Positions 10,247 through 19,407 of a stretch of DNA of 64,000 bases are shown in pieces; position 1 is the stretch's first letter, and every line of letters starts with the position of its first letter. Under the pieces are notes generated by a model. The model made no database searches, was not told the DNA's origin, and saw only the letters and a program-made list of their open reading frames with translations. Both the position numbers and the translations under genes were made by a program. Source of the stretch: Candidatus Cloacimonadales bacterium (GTDB lineage Bacteria > Cloacimonadota > Cloacimonadia > Cloacimonadales > DAONDQ01); the NCBI GenBank assembly GCA_963662275.1, contig OY759316.1, positions 896,001 to 960,000 on the forward strand. The letters run 5' to 3'.

Positions 10247-11389
10247 TTACAGTTTACCGCCATCAAAGCAATTTGCCAAAAACAACAGCGACCAAGGCGG
10301 TGATCTTGGTTTTCCGGTAATTGAAGCATGCTGTGTCATCTTTGATTTGCAATTAGGGCAGAGGTCTTTTTCAAATTTGGGAATTACAAAAGTTTTAGCT
10401 GTCTGATTCTTGTCATTAGAATCGGACTTTGCTGGGAAAAAGCTGTTGACCATCTCCCAGACAGATTTTGCCGCCGGACTGAGAAATCCGTAGTATCTGA
10501 TTTTCTGAAATCCCTGCGGCAGAACATGCATCAGGAACTTATTGATAAACTCCACGGAGTCGACGCTTTTAAAGGCGAATTTAGCTGAACCTGCCGGCTT
10601 GTATTTAAAGGTTACCAGCCCGTCCTTTTCCCAAAGGATGCGATTGTTGGTGATGGCGGTCCGATACACATAATTGGCCAAATAAGTCAGAGCCTCCCGA
10701 CCTTTTCCGACGGGTCGGGAGTCTGTGACAAACTCTTTTTGCTGCCAGACTAGCGGGGATATCCGACCAAACAGATGCTGATTTTCCAGTCGAAGCAAAT
10801 CACGGAATTTTGCCCGGTAAATCACCGAAAGAGCTTTGACCGGAATCAGGAACTTATTGCCTGCTTTTTGCCATTCCTTTCGTTCTTTATTCCAAGCTCC
10901 GCCGGGGACTATATAATGAATATGAGGATGATATTCAAGCTGCCTTGTCCAGGTATGAAGTACCCCGGTAAAGCCTGAAACGCCACCGGCATATTTGGGA
11001 TCTGAAAGCAATGTCTTTAAGGCTTCAGATGATGCTTTGAACTGAAGATCATAAAGCAGTTTCTGATTTGACAGGCATGTTTTGTGCAGTTCCCGGGGTA
11101 TGGTGAAAGTTACCATGAAGTACTTAACCGGCAGCAGTTTGGCAAGCTGCTTTTCCAGCCATTTCGCTGAATCATTACGGCCACACTTCGGGCAGTGACG
11201 GTTTTTGCAGGAATGATAGGAATAATGCAGTTCCGCACATTCCTGGCATAAATAGACTTCTCCGCCCAGTTCAGGTGTCCGGCAAAGGAGAATATCTCTG
11301 ATCGCTCTTAAATGGCTTTCCGGTGACTGGTTTCCATATTTTTCCAGATACTCGGACAGGTTGTTTTTGAGAATCCTGCTAAAATCCAT
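10247..11389 (-). CDS. IS91-family transposase (Zn-binding + Y2 HUH domain)
   Basis: CRT..LGG, SCKNRHCPKC, HTW...YHPHIH, YLANYV, HVLPQGFQKIRYYG motifs. Confidence 0.93.
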   Translation of the reverse strand: MDFSRILKNNLSEYLEKYGNQSPESHLRAIRDILLCRTPELGGEVYLCQECAELHYSYHSCKNRHCPKCGRNDSAKWLEKQLAKLLPVKYFMVTFTIPRELHKTCLSNQKLLYDLQFKASSEALKTLLSDPKYAGGVSGFTGVLHTWTRQLEYHPHIHYIVPGGAWNKERKEWQKAGNKFLIPVKALSVIYRAKFRDLLRLENQHLFGRISPLVWQQKEFVTDSRPVGKGREALTYLANYVYRTAITNNRILWEKDGLVTFKYKPAGSAKFAFKSVDSVEFINKFLMHVLPQGFQKIRYYGFLSPAAKSVWEMVNSFFPAKSDSNDKNQTAKTFVIPKFEKDLCPNCKSKMTQHASITGKPRSPPWSLLFLANCFDGGKL

Positions 11390-12262
11390 TTACATCTTAT
11401 TCATCAGTTCATTGATGATTTTACATGACTGCTCTCGGGAAACGTTAGTCAAATGCACGTATACCATGGTCGCTCTAAGACTTTCGTGCCCGAGCAAGTC
11501 TTTGATGATGATGATACTGACACCTGCTTCCAATAAATGTGTGGCATAAGAATGTCTGAGTGTATGACAGGTTACATGCTTAGGGATGCGTGTCTCCTTT
11601 AAGGCTGACTTCAGAGCTGACCGAAGAGTTTGGACAGAAATCTGGTTCGAGGTTGTCATTCTGTTAATATCAGCCTGTCTGGTGCTTCTGCTCGGGAATA
11701 AAAGCTGTCTGTTCTGATGGGTTTTCCAATATTCCCGGAGTTCCTGATACAATTTTTCAGGCAGAGGTATTGACCTGTCTTTGTTGCCTTTGGATTGCCT
11801 TACCGTGATGGTCATCAATTCCCGGTTGATATCGGCTATTTTAATCTTGACTGCTTCCGAAATCCTTAATCCGCATTGATAGGTAAGAGTCAGTAAGAGT
11901 CGATAATCATAAGTATGAATGCGGGAGATAAGCATTCTAACTTCGTCTGTGGTCAGAATCACAGGAAGTTTGTGCTCAATCTTTGCCTTAAAAAAGGTAA
12001 AATCCTCTTGCCTGAAACCAACAACATGGATGAAAAAAAATCTGATGCCATAATAGGCTGATTTTAAACTCTGAGGACTATAATTCTTGACGTTATGCAG
12101 GTAGACAAAATATGTTCTTACCTGTTCAATAGATAGTGTGCCGGGGTCTTGACCATAATATGATGCTAAAGAAGTGACTTGTCTGATGTAATTGTATTTT
12201 GTCTCTCGGGACACGCCTCGAAGATCAAGGCACTCTAAAAAGCGAACTTCGTATGATTCCAT
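11390..12262 (-). CDS. Tyrosine-type site-specific recombinase/integrase with N-terminal SAM-like domain
   Basis: GLRISEA, KGNKDR, HTLRHSYATHLLE, LLGH, TMVYVH catalytic motifs. Confidence 0.93.
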   Translation of the reverse strand: MESYEVRFLECLDLRGVSRETKYNYIRQVTSLASYYGQDPGTLSIEQVRTYFVYLHNVKNYSPQSLKSAYYGIRFFFIHVVGFRQEDFTFFKAKIEHKLPVILTTDEVRMLISRIHTYDYRLLLTLTYQCGLRISEAVKIKIADINRELMTITVRQSKGNKDRSIPLPEKLYQELREYWKTHQNRQLLFPSRSTRQADINRMTTSNQISVQTLRSALKSALKETRIPKHVTCHTLRHSYATHLLEAGVSIIIIKDLLGHESLRATMVYVHLTNVSREQSCKIINELMNKM

Positions 12263-12519
12263 ACTTACCTCCAGTTAATTTTGGGGGTAAGTATGCTTTT
12301 AGTGAGGGTTCAGTATATCAATAGTTTAAATGCATGAAACACGAGTTTACTGCGAACGGTACTGCTGCTTGCAGCTTCGTTCAACAAGATACAATCTTAT
12401 GCACGTTTTCCTTGACACTGATGTTACTAATAATTATAAATACAATAATAATGAAGTTGTTATAAATCATATAGGAGAAACTTGAAATCTCAAATTGCGA
12501 AATCAGGATGGAGGGAAGC

Positions 12520-13137
12520 ATGAATGATAAAAATGAACCAATAAATTCCAAATCTGTATTGTTTTCAGATATTACACATCTAATTATTGAAGCTAGGCAG
12601 AGAACTGCTATGCTTATTAACTCTGAACTTAGTTTGTTGTATTGGTCTATTGGACAAAGAATACTTACTGAGATACTTCAATCAGGAAAGGCTGCGTATG
12701 GTGATCAAACCATCAAACAGCTTTCGGAACAAATGACCTTGGAGTTCGGTACAGGTTGGAGTGATAAGCAACTTAGACATTGTCTCCGCACTGCGGAGAC
12801 AATTGATCTTCTGTTTTATCATCGCTCTTTGAAATGTATGATTGTCGTTGAACTAAAGCTAGGAGAGTTCCAAGCTTCATACAAAGGTCAAATGGAGTTG
12901 TACTTGCGCTTCCTGGAAAAGTATGAACTGAAAGAAAATGAGAATCCACCTATAGGACTTATCCTCTGCAGCGGGAAGAATGACGAACATATAGAGCTTT
13001 TACAACTGCATAAAAGCAATATTCGAGTAGCTGAATACATTACAAGTCTTCCTCCCAAAGAATTACTGTTGAAGAAACTACATCAATCCATTGAAGTTGC
13101 TAAAAACAAAATGCGTAGTGAAGTTGATAATGAATAG
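12520..13137 (+). pseudogene. DUF1016/YhcG-family PD-(D/E)XK protein with in-frame internal deletion
   Basis: N-terminal LYWSIG...YG...GWS fused directly to IDLLFYHRSLKC..VELK; the central region usual in the family appears absent. Confidence 0.75.
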
Positions 13138-13149
13138 CCGGAACGTTAT

Positions 13150-13275
13150 ACTCTCTGCCAATCTTACATCTTCTATTCTGAAAATTCTGGAAGGATGAAA
13201 GATAATAGCCCATAGCGTGAGCTATGGGAAACGATCCCCCCATGTACCATTAGAACCCCGGCAGGGGTGACATAA
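13150..13275 (-). repeat. REP-like composite element (TGTCACCC..GGGTTC ... CCCATAGCTNACGCTATGGG ... CATCC), copy 1
   Basis: Reverse complement resembles 28545-28612 and 35928-36025. Confidence 0.8.
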
Positions 13276-13447
13276 TCTATCCTTTCCCCCCTGATTCTGC
13301 CTGTCCTTAACGTATTCTTTTTAATGTTTGACAAATTTCCCTATCACCTGAATCTTCATATTAATATTCAATAGTCGATTAATAATGTTTGGGAGATGCA
13401 TTCATGCCCATTAATTATTTCTTATATTATATCTGTAGAATCGACTT

Positions 13448-13524
13448 GGGGTGGCAAATTCCGATTTGCCACATCTGGTTCAGAAATAAGCTCCATACAG
13501 TGGCAAATCGGAATTTGCCTCCCC
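13448..13524. repeat. REP-like inverted doublet GGGGTGGCAAATTCCGATTTGCCAC / GTGGCAAATCGGAATTTGCCTCCCC
   Basis: 25-bp inverted repeat with 1 mismatch, each arm self-complementary; absent from the paralogous leader at about 9797-9807. Confidence 0.8.
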
Positions 13525-13543
13525 ATGCTTGACGAGACATTCA

Positions 13544-16396
13544 ATGAGTTTTACTTCCTTTCATTCTAGATATATCGCTTACGAACTGACAAAACGCTGT
13601 TCCTCTGATAGCTTGGAAAAGCTTGCCGGTACTCTTGTCGATGCCCAGATTGATCTGAATCCACATCAAATTGATGCTGCTCTGTTTGCTTTCCAATCAC
13701 CGTTATCCAAAGGTGCCATACTTGCTGATGAGGTAGGTCTCGGTAAAACCATTGAAGCCGGATTGGTGATAGCGCAGAAGTGGGCAGAAAGAAAACATAA
13801 AATACTGATCATCACTCCCGCAAATCTAAGAAAGCAATGGTACCAGGAATTGTCTGACAAGTTCTTTCTCGAATCAGTCATTCTGGAATCCAAAGCTTAT
13901 AACAATCTTCTGAAAAAAGGTCATAAACACCCTTTCGAACAAAAGCAGATTGTTATCTGCTCTTATCAGTTCGCAAAAGCAAAGGCATTTGATCTGATCA
14001 GCATTCCCTGGGATTTGGTGGTCATTGATGAAGCACATCGGCTGCGTAATGTATATAAACCTACCAATGTAATTGCCAATACGCTTAAGAATACACTGGG
14101 CAGTTTCCATAAACTGCTTCTCACGGCAACACCATTACAGAATTCCCTTTTAGAATTGTATGGTTTGATCAGTTTTCTGGATGATCATGCCTTTGGTGAT
14201 GTGAAAAGCTTTCGAGAGCAGTATTCCACCATTGCCGATACACGTATTTTTAATAACCTCAAGGCTCGTATCAAGCCGTATTGCCATCGTACTCTGCGTC
14301 ACCAGGTGGAGCCGTATATCCGTTACACAAAACGCTTCCCCATGTTACAGACATATACACCTGAAGAAAGTGAAGACAGGCTCTATGACCTCGTATCAGA
14401 TTATCTGCGCAGGGATAACATCCAGGCTCTGCCGGTTGGTCAACGATCTCTTATGACGCTTGTTCTCCGTAAACTGCTGGCATCATCATCATTTGCTATT
14501 GCCGGAGCTTTAGAAACCATCATTAAAAGACTAACAGATAAGCTGCATGAGAATGAGCCTGAGAAAGAACAGCTTGAAGATACGATTGGTGAAGATTATG
14601 AAATCCTGTCTGAACAGGTTGATGAATGGACGGATGACCAGGACAATGAACCTCTTACTATTTCTGATGAACAGGCTATTAAGAATGAAATTGCTGATTT
14701 GAGAAAGCTTCGTGACTTAGCAGTTTCTATCACTGCAAATGCCAAAGGACGTGCGTTGCTTGTTGCCCTGGAGCAGGCTTTTCAACAGGCTGAACGGCTT
14801 GGTTCTGAAAGAAAGGCTATTATCTTCACTGAGTCGCGTAAGACGCAGGATTATCTATTACGTGTTTTGGCTGATAGCCCATTCTCAGAAGGCATAGTCC
14901 TTTTCAATGGCTCGAATAATGACCCGCGTTCAAAAGAGATTTATACCGATTGGATTGCCCAACATAAAGGAACGGATAAAGTCACCGGTTCACGTACTGC
15001 GGATATGCGTTCTGCCATCGTTGATTATTTCCGTGAGGAAGGTCATATCATGATAGCAACAGAAGCAGGTGCGGAAGGTATAAATCTTCAATTCTGCTCT
15101 CTGGTTGTGAATTATGACCTGCCGTGGAATCCGCAGCGTATTGAACAGCGGATAGGTCGTTGTCATCGGTATGGTCAGAAGCACGATGTTGTGGTAGTGA
15201 ATTTCCTGAATAATCATAATGAAGCAGATCAAAGGGTATATGATTTGCTTTCGGAGAAGTTCAATCTCTTTGCAGGAGTCTTCGGGGCAAGTGATGAAGT
15301 GTTAGGTGCTATTGAATCCGGTGTTGACTTTGAAAAGAGAATCGTTGATATTTACCAGAAATGCCGTGCTCCTGAAGAAATTAATGAAGCCTTTGACCAA
15401 CTGCAAGCCGAGTTATCAGAAGATATCAATGATACAATTGTGCAAACCAGGCAAAAGCTGTTTGAGAATTTTGATGATGAAGTACGTGAAAAACTGCGTG
15501 TACGGGATGAAGGTTCTAAGCAATATCTTGGTCTTTATGAGCGGCTTCTCATGCAGCTTACCAAACATGAATTGAGGGATTGTGCCAGTTTTACTGATGA
15601 TTCATCATTTAATCTGCAATCCAACCCGCAAGGCTGTCAATTTGAATTGGGTTTGTATGAATTACCACGCAGGTCTGGTGAAGCTCACCTGTATCGTCCT
15701 TCTCATCCCTTGGCACATCATATTCTGAATACTTCCAAAGAAAGGTCACTGATTCCCTCAGAGATAGAGTTTAATTTGAGTGAATATGAAGGTAAAATCT
15801 CAAGTTTAGAGCCGTTCATAGGTAAATCAGGGGTTATGAGTCTTTGTTTATTTACCGTAGAATCTTTGGATGTTGTTGAAGATCATCTCATCTTTTCCGG
15901 TCAGACAGATTCCGGTACTGAATTGGATGAAGAAGCTTTACGAAGAATGTTCAATGTTCACGGTAAAGTACTAACAGAGTTACCCAACCTGGAAATACCT
16001 AATGTAATAAATGACCGAATTACTGTTAGACAGAAAGATATCCAGAAAGGCATATCTGTTCGCAATGCCCTGTTCTTTGAAACTGAAGCGCAAAAGCTGG
16101 ATGGCTGGTCAGATGATCTGAAATCAGGTCTGGAACGTGAAATAAAAGAGATAGACAGGCAAATCAAGGAAGTCCGAAAAGCAACTACCCTTGCCCCATC
16201 ACTGGAAGAGAAGCTGGAAGGGCAAAGGCAAATGAGAGCATTGGAATCACAACGCAGTCAAAAACGCCGTTCTTTGTTTGAAGCCCAGGATGATATAGAT
16301 CATAAACGTGATACATTAATTGGTGAGATTGAAAAGAAATTACAGCAGAAGTGTTCAGAGAAAACGCTATTTAATATTAGGTGGAGGGTGAGATGA
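13544..16396 (+). CDS. SNF2-family helicase of the kind found beside type III R-M loci
   Basis: LADEVGLGKT, DEAH, LTATP, TEAGAEGINLQ, YDLPWNPQRIEQRIGRCHRYGQ motifs; C-terminal coiled coil. Confidence 0.92.
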   Translation: MSFTSFHSRYIAYELTKRCSSDSLEKLAGTLVDAQIDLNPHQIDAALFAFQSPLSKGAILADEVGLGKTIEAGLVIAQKWAERKHKILIITPANLRKQWYQELSDKFFLESVILESKAYNNLLKKGHKHPFEQKQIVICSYQFAKAKAFDLISIPWDLVVIDEAHRLRNVYKPTNVIANTLKNTLGSFHKLLLTATPLQNSLLELYGLISFLDDHAFGDVKSFREQYSTIADTRIFNNLKARIKPYCHRTLRHQVEPYIRYTKRFPMLQTYTPEESEDRLYDLVSDYLRRDNIQALPVGQRSLMTLVLRKLLASSSFAIAGALETIIKRLTDKLHENEPEKEQLEDTIGEDYEILSEQVDEWTDDQDNEPLTISDEQAIKNEIADLRKLRDLAVSITANAKGRALLVALEQAFQQAERLGSERKAIIFTESRKTQDYLLRVLADSPFSEGIVLFNGSNNDPRSKEIYTDWIAQHKGTDKVTGSRTADMRSAIVDYFREEGHIMIATEAGAEGINLQFCSLVVNYDLPWNPQRIEQRIGRCHRYGQKHDVVVVNFLNNHNEADQRVYDLLSEKFNLFAGVFGASDEVLGAIESGVDFEKRIVDIYQKCRAPEEINEAFDQLQAELSEDINDTIVQTRQKLFENFDDEVREKLRVRDEGSKQYLGLYERLLMQLTKHELRDCASFTDDSSFNLQSNPQGCQFELGLYELPRRSGEAHLYRPSHPLAHHILNTSKERSLIPSEIEFNLSEYEGKISSLEPFIGKSGVMSLCLFTVESLDVVEDHLIFSGQTDSGTELDEEALRRMFNVHGKVLTELPNLEIPNVINDRITVRQKDIQKGISVRNALFFETEAQKLDGWSDDLKSGLEREIKEIDRQIKEVRKATTLAPSLEEKLEGQRQMRALESQRSQKRRSLFEAQDDIDHKRDTLIGEIEKKLQQKCSEKTLFNIRWRVR

Positions 16397-16429
16397 AAGA
16401 TTTCTCAAGAAGGGAACAGAAAAAGCTGA

Positions 16430-16457
16430 TTGACAAATATAACAAATTTGTTATATT
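16430..16457 (+). promoter_or_regulatory. Sigma70-type promoter with overlapping perfect 22-bp palindromic operator, upstream of the TAC operon
   Basis: TTGACA at 16430-16435; AATATAACAAA/TTTGTTATATT at 16436-16457 covers the spacer and the TATATT -10. Confidence 0.75.
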
Positions 16458-16487
16458 GTCTTCTGTTTGCATGAGGGTGGATAGGTA

Positions 16488-16856
16488 ATGGAGATTGTCT
16501 ATTATCCGAAGTTCAGAGTTGATGATGCGACAAGCTCACTGTATAGAGATATTCATACGTATATGAAAAGGGATCATCCACAGCAGTATTTACAGATGAA
16601 GCGTTTTCTCGATCAAGTAGAAAGACTGACACTGGAAGAAGTATCTTCATTTCTGCTTGAAGAATCGAAAAAACCATGGAAACAAAGACGAGTCAGTTAT
16701 CTGGGAGATGAGCTTTACGAGTATCGTGGAAGCCAATCAAAGAGCGGTACAATCCGCTTATACTTCCGCATAAACGATAGTCGGATCAGAATCCTGGATG
16801 CAGAGTGCAAAACCGATGATGAAAATAAAATCGAACGTGCCAAGAAACGCAATTAA
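16488..16856 (+). CDS. RelE/HigB-like toxin
   Basis: 122 aa; LGDELYEYRG...IRLYF...IRILDA..K...IERAKKR pattern; toxin-first order before an HTH gene. Confidence 0.75.
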   Translation: MEIVYYPKFRVDDATSSLYRDIHTYMKRDHPQQYLQMKRFLDQVERLTLEEVSSFLLEESKKPWKQRRVSYLGDELYEYRGSQSKSGTIRLYFRINDSRIRILDAECKTDDENKIERAKKRN

Positions 16857-16869
16857 CCTGGAGGAAGAG

Positions 16870-17427
16870 ATGAAAGAGCGGATCAGTCCTGAGAAAAGGG
16901 CTTTCCTGTTAGAGAGAGACCGCGAGATGGAACGACTGGAAAAGGAAGGATACGACTTCCACGCTCACGAAGATAAGCAGCCCGTGGATGAACAAGACGG
17001 ATACTTAGCGTTTCACACCATGATGAACGACCTGGTTCTCGAACTTTGGGATATCCGACGCGAAAAGGGTCTCACCCAAGCTGACCTCGCTCAGAAGATG
17101 GGTACTAAGCAGACTGCAGTTTCCCGTTTTGAAAACTCAGGAATCACTCCATCTTTCGAGCTTGCTTTCAAGTATGCCTGGGCTTTGGGTTTGAAACTGG
17201 CGATCACAACGCATGGTGAATACACCCTCACTCTGCCCAAAGAACTCTGGAAGCCAATGGAAATCATGGCAGAATGTGCGAAAACGACTGTGCAGCAGGT
17301 GATGTCTGAGGCAATTGAGGATTATGTCCCATCACAATACAGCAATTATGTCTTTAAGATGCTCTCAGCATCCTGCCAACCCCAGAAAAAAGTCAAGTTC
17401 GAGAGCTTGGAGGAAGTGGCTGTATGA
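16870..17427 (+). CDS. HigA-like XRE-HTH antitoxin with probable extra RHH-like domain and C-terminal tail
   Basis: RBS GGAGG; IRREKGLTQADLAQKMGTKQTAVSRFEN HTH; YTLTLPKELWKPMEIMA...VQQVMSEAIEDYV. Confidence 0.8.
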   Translation: MKERISPEKRAFLLERDREMERLEKEGYDFHAHEDKQPVDEQDGYLAFHTMMNDLVLELWDIRREKGLTQADLAQKMGTKQTAVSRFENSGITPSFELAFKYAWALGLKLAITTHGEYTLTLPKELWKPMEIMAECAKTTVQQVMSEAIEDYVPSQYSNYVFKMLSASCQPQKKVKFESLEEVAV

Positions 17428-17855
17428 AGACTCCCATTAGTCCGCAAGGTTTCACAGAATTGCTTGGAATCATTGATATTGCCAATGTTCTCCTCACAAG
17501 GATGGATTTCAAAGTCGAAGAGGGATGTACTATCCCGTTGCCCTACGAAGTACAAATGAGCAGGGATCAGCCAGTGCATATTCTAACGGATGACCAAATC
17601 TGCGGCTTGATTGGCTTCCAAATTGTTGGCGTAGCTGAGGAGAAGCAGGTTTTCATCGGTCATTTCCATTTTCAGGTGGTGTTTACACATAATGACAAAG
17701 AGAAAGTTGAGACGCTTCTATCAGATGAGAAGATACGGGAATTGTTCCTGGGCAGTCAACTGGACAAATTCGTCTGGTCATATCTGCGACGAGCAATCCA
17801 GCAGGTTGTGCTGGATGCCGGCTTCCCACCTGTAATGTTGCCCATGTACAGATAA
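17424..17855 (+). CDS. SecB-like chaperone (TAC chaperone)
   Basis: 143 aa ending in WSYLRRAIQQVVLDAGFPPVMLP, the SecB-like C-terminal signature; ATGA overlap with the antitoxin gene. Confidence 0.75.
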   Translation: MKTPISPQGFTELLGIIDIANVLLTRMDFKVEEGCTIPLPYEVQMSRDQPVHILTDDQICGLIGFQIVGVAEEKQVFIGHFHFQVVFTHNDKEKVETLLSDEKIRELFLGSQLDKFVWSYLRRAIQQVVLDAGFPPVMLPMYR

Positions 17856-17936
17856 GCATTCTGACCATCATAACACGATAAAATCATATAGGAGAAACTT
17901 GAAATCGCAAATTGCGAAATCAGGATGGAGGGAAGC

Positions 17937-18592
17937 ATGAATGATAAAAATGAACCAATAAATTCCAAATCTGTATTGTTTTCAGATATTACACATCTAA
18001 TTATTGAAGCTAGGCAGAGAACTGCTATGCTTATTAACTCTGAACTTAGTTTGTTATATTGGTCTATTGGGCAAAGAATACTTACTGAGATACTTCAATC
18101 AGGAAAGGCTGTTTATGGTGATCAGACCATCAAACAGCTTTCGGAACAAATGACCTTGGAGTTCGGTACAGGCTGGAGTGATAAGCAACTTAGACATTGT
18201 CTCCACGCTGTGGAGACTTTTCCAAATGAAGAGAAATTCTACGCACTGCGTAGACTATTGATCTTCTGTTTTATCATCGCTCTTTGAAATGTATGATTGT
18301 CGTTGAACTAAAGCTAGGAGAGTTCCAAGCTTCATACAAAGGTCAAATGGAGTTGTACTTGCGCTTCCTGGAAAAGTATGAACTGAAAGAAAATGAGAAT
18401 CCACCTATAGGACTTATCCTCTGCAGCGGGAAGAATGACGAACATATAGAGCTTTTACAACTGCATAAAAGCAATATTCGAGTAGCTGAATACATTACAA
18501 GCCTTCCTCCCAAAGAATTACTGTTGAAGAAACTACATCAATCCATTGAAGTTGCCAAAAACAAAATGCGTAGTGAAAATGATAATGAATAG
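17937..18592 (+). pseudogene. Second DUF1016/YhcG copy, internally deleted and frameshifted
   Basis: Near-identical to copy 1 but 38 bp longer at about 18203-18240, which splits it into two ORFs. Confidence 0.85.
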
Positions 18593-18596
18593 CCGG

Positions 18597-19197
18597 AACG
18601 CTGTTCCTCTGACAGCCTTGAAAAGCTTGCCGGTACTCTTGTCGATGCCCAGATTGATTTGAATCCACATCAAATTGATGCTGCCTTATTTGCAATTAGG
18701 TTTGTAAGAATTACCACGCAGGTTTGGTGAAGCTCATCTGTATTGTCCCTCTCATCCATTGGCACATCATATTTTGAATACTTCCAAGGAAAGGTCACTA
18801 ATTCCATCTGAGATTGAATTTAATTTGAGTGAACATATAGGTAAAATCTCAAGTTTAGAGCCGTTCATAGGAAAATCAGGCGTCATGAGTCTCTGTTTAT
18901 TTACCGTAGAGTCTTTGGATGTTGTGGAAGATCATCTTATCTTTTCCGGTCAGACCGATTCCGGCACTGAAATGATGAAGAAGCTCTTCGCAGAATGTTC
19001 AATGTACCCGGAAAGATAGTCACTGAATTACCCAACCTGGAAATGCCTATTGCAATTAATGAAAGAATAACGGTTAGACAAAAAGATATCCAGAAAGGCA
19101 TATCCATACGTAATGCCCAGTTTTTCGAAACGGAAGCGCAAAAGTTAGATGGCTGGTCAGATGATTTGAAATCCGGTCTGGAACGTGAAATCAAAGT
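18597..19197 (+). pseudogene. Third, fragmented and diverged copy of the SNF2 helicase gene
   Basis: 18597-18693 matches about 13593-13689, then jumps to about 15645-16146; stops and frameshifts present. Confidence 0.9.
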
Positions 19198-19407
19198 CCT
19201 AAAACTACAAAATTCACGAAATATCAAGATACATTTTTCTTCTTTGCTACTTCTGAACCTGTTACCTGTAACTTGTAAGCTTTTTCAATTTTGTAGTTGA
19301 CAATCAGTTCTTGATAATATGTATGTAAATTAAGTAAGATACCTATGTGATTAGAGAGATGATATTTCAAATAGAGGTTGCTCAGAAGTTGTAAATAAGG
19401 AGTAGAA

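Larger units (their letters stand above)
9976..12386 (-). mobile_element. Tyrosine recombinase + IS91-family (Y2/HUH) transposase element
   Basis: Two-gene unit bounded by imperfect inverted ends TGTTGAACAAGCTCAAGTAGCAG (9976-9998) and CTGCTGCTTGCAGCTTCGTTCAACA (12362-12386). Confidence 0.7.
12464..18600 (+). repeat. About 680-bp near-identical direct repeats (12464-13145 and 17881-18600) flanking SNF2 + TAC
   Basis: Direct sequence comparison; offset 5417 bp, becoming 5455 after the 38-bp indel. Confidence 0.92.

Noticed and set aside
11390..12262. Integron integrase with cassette array
   Set aside because: 290 aa with no evident IntI-specific insertion, coupled to an IS91-type transposase; no repeated attC sites were recognised.
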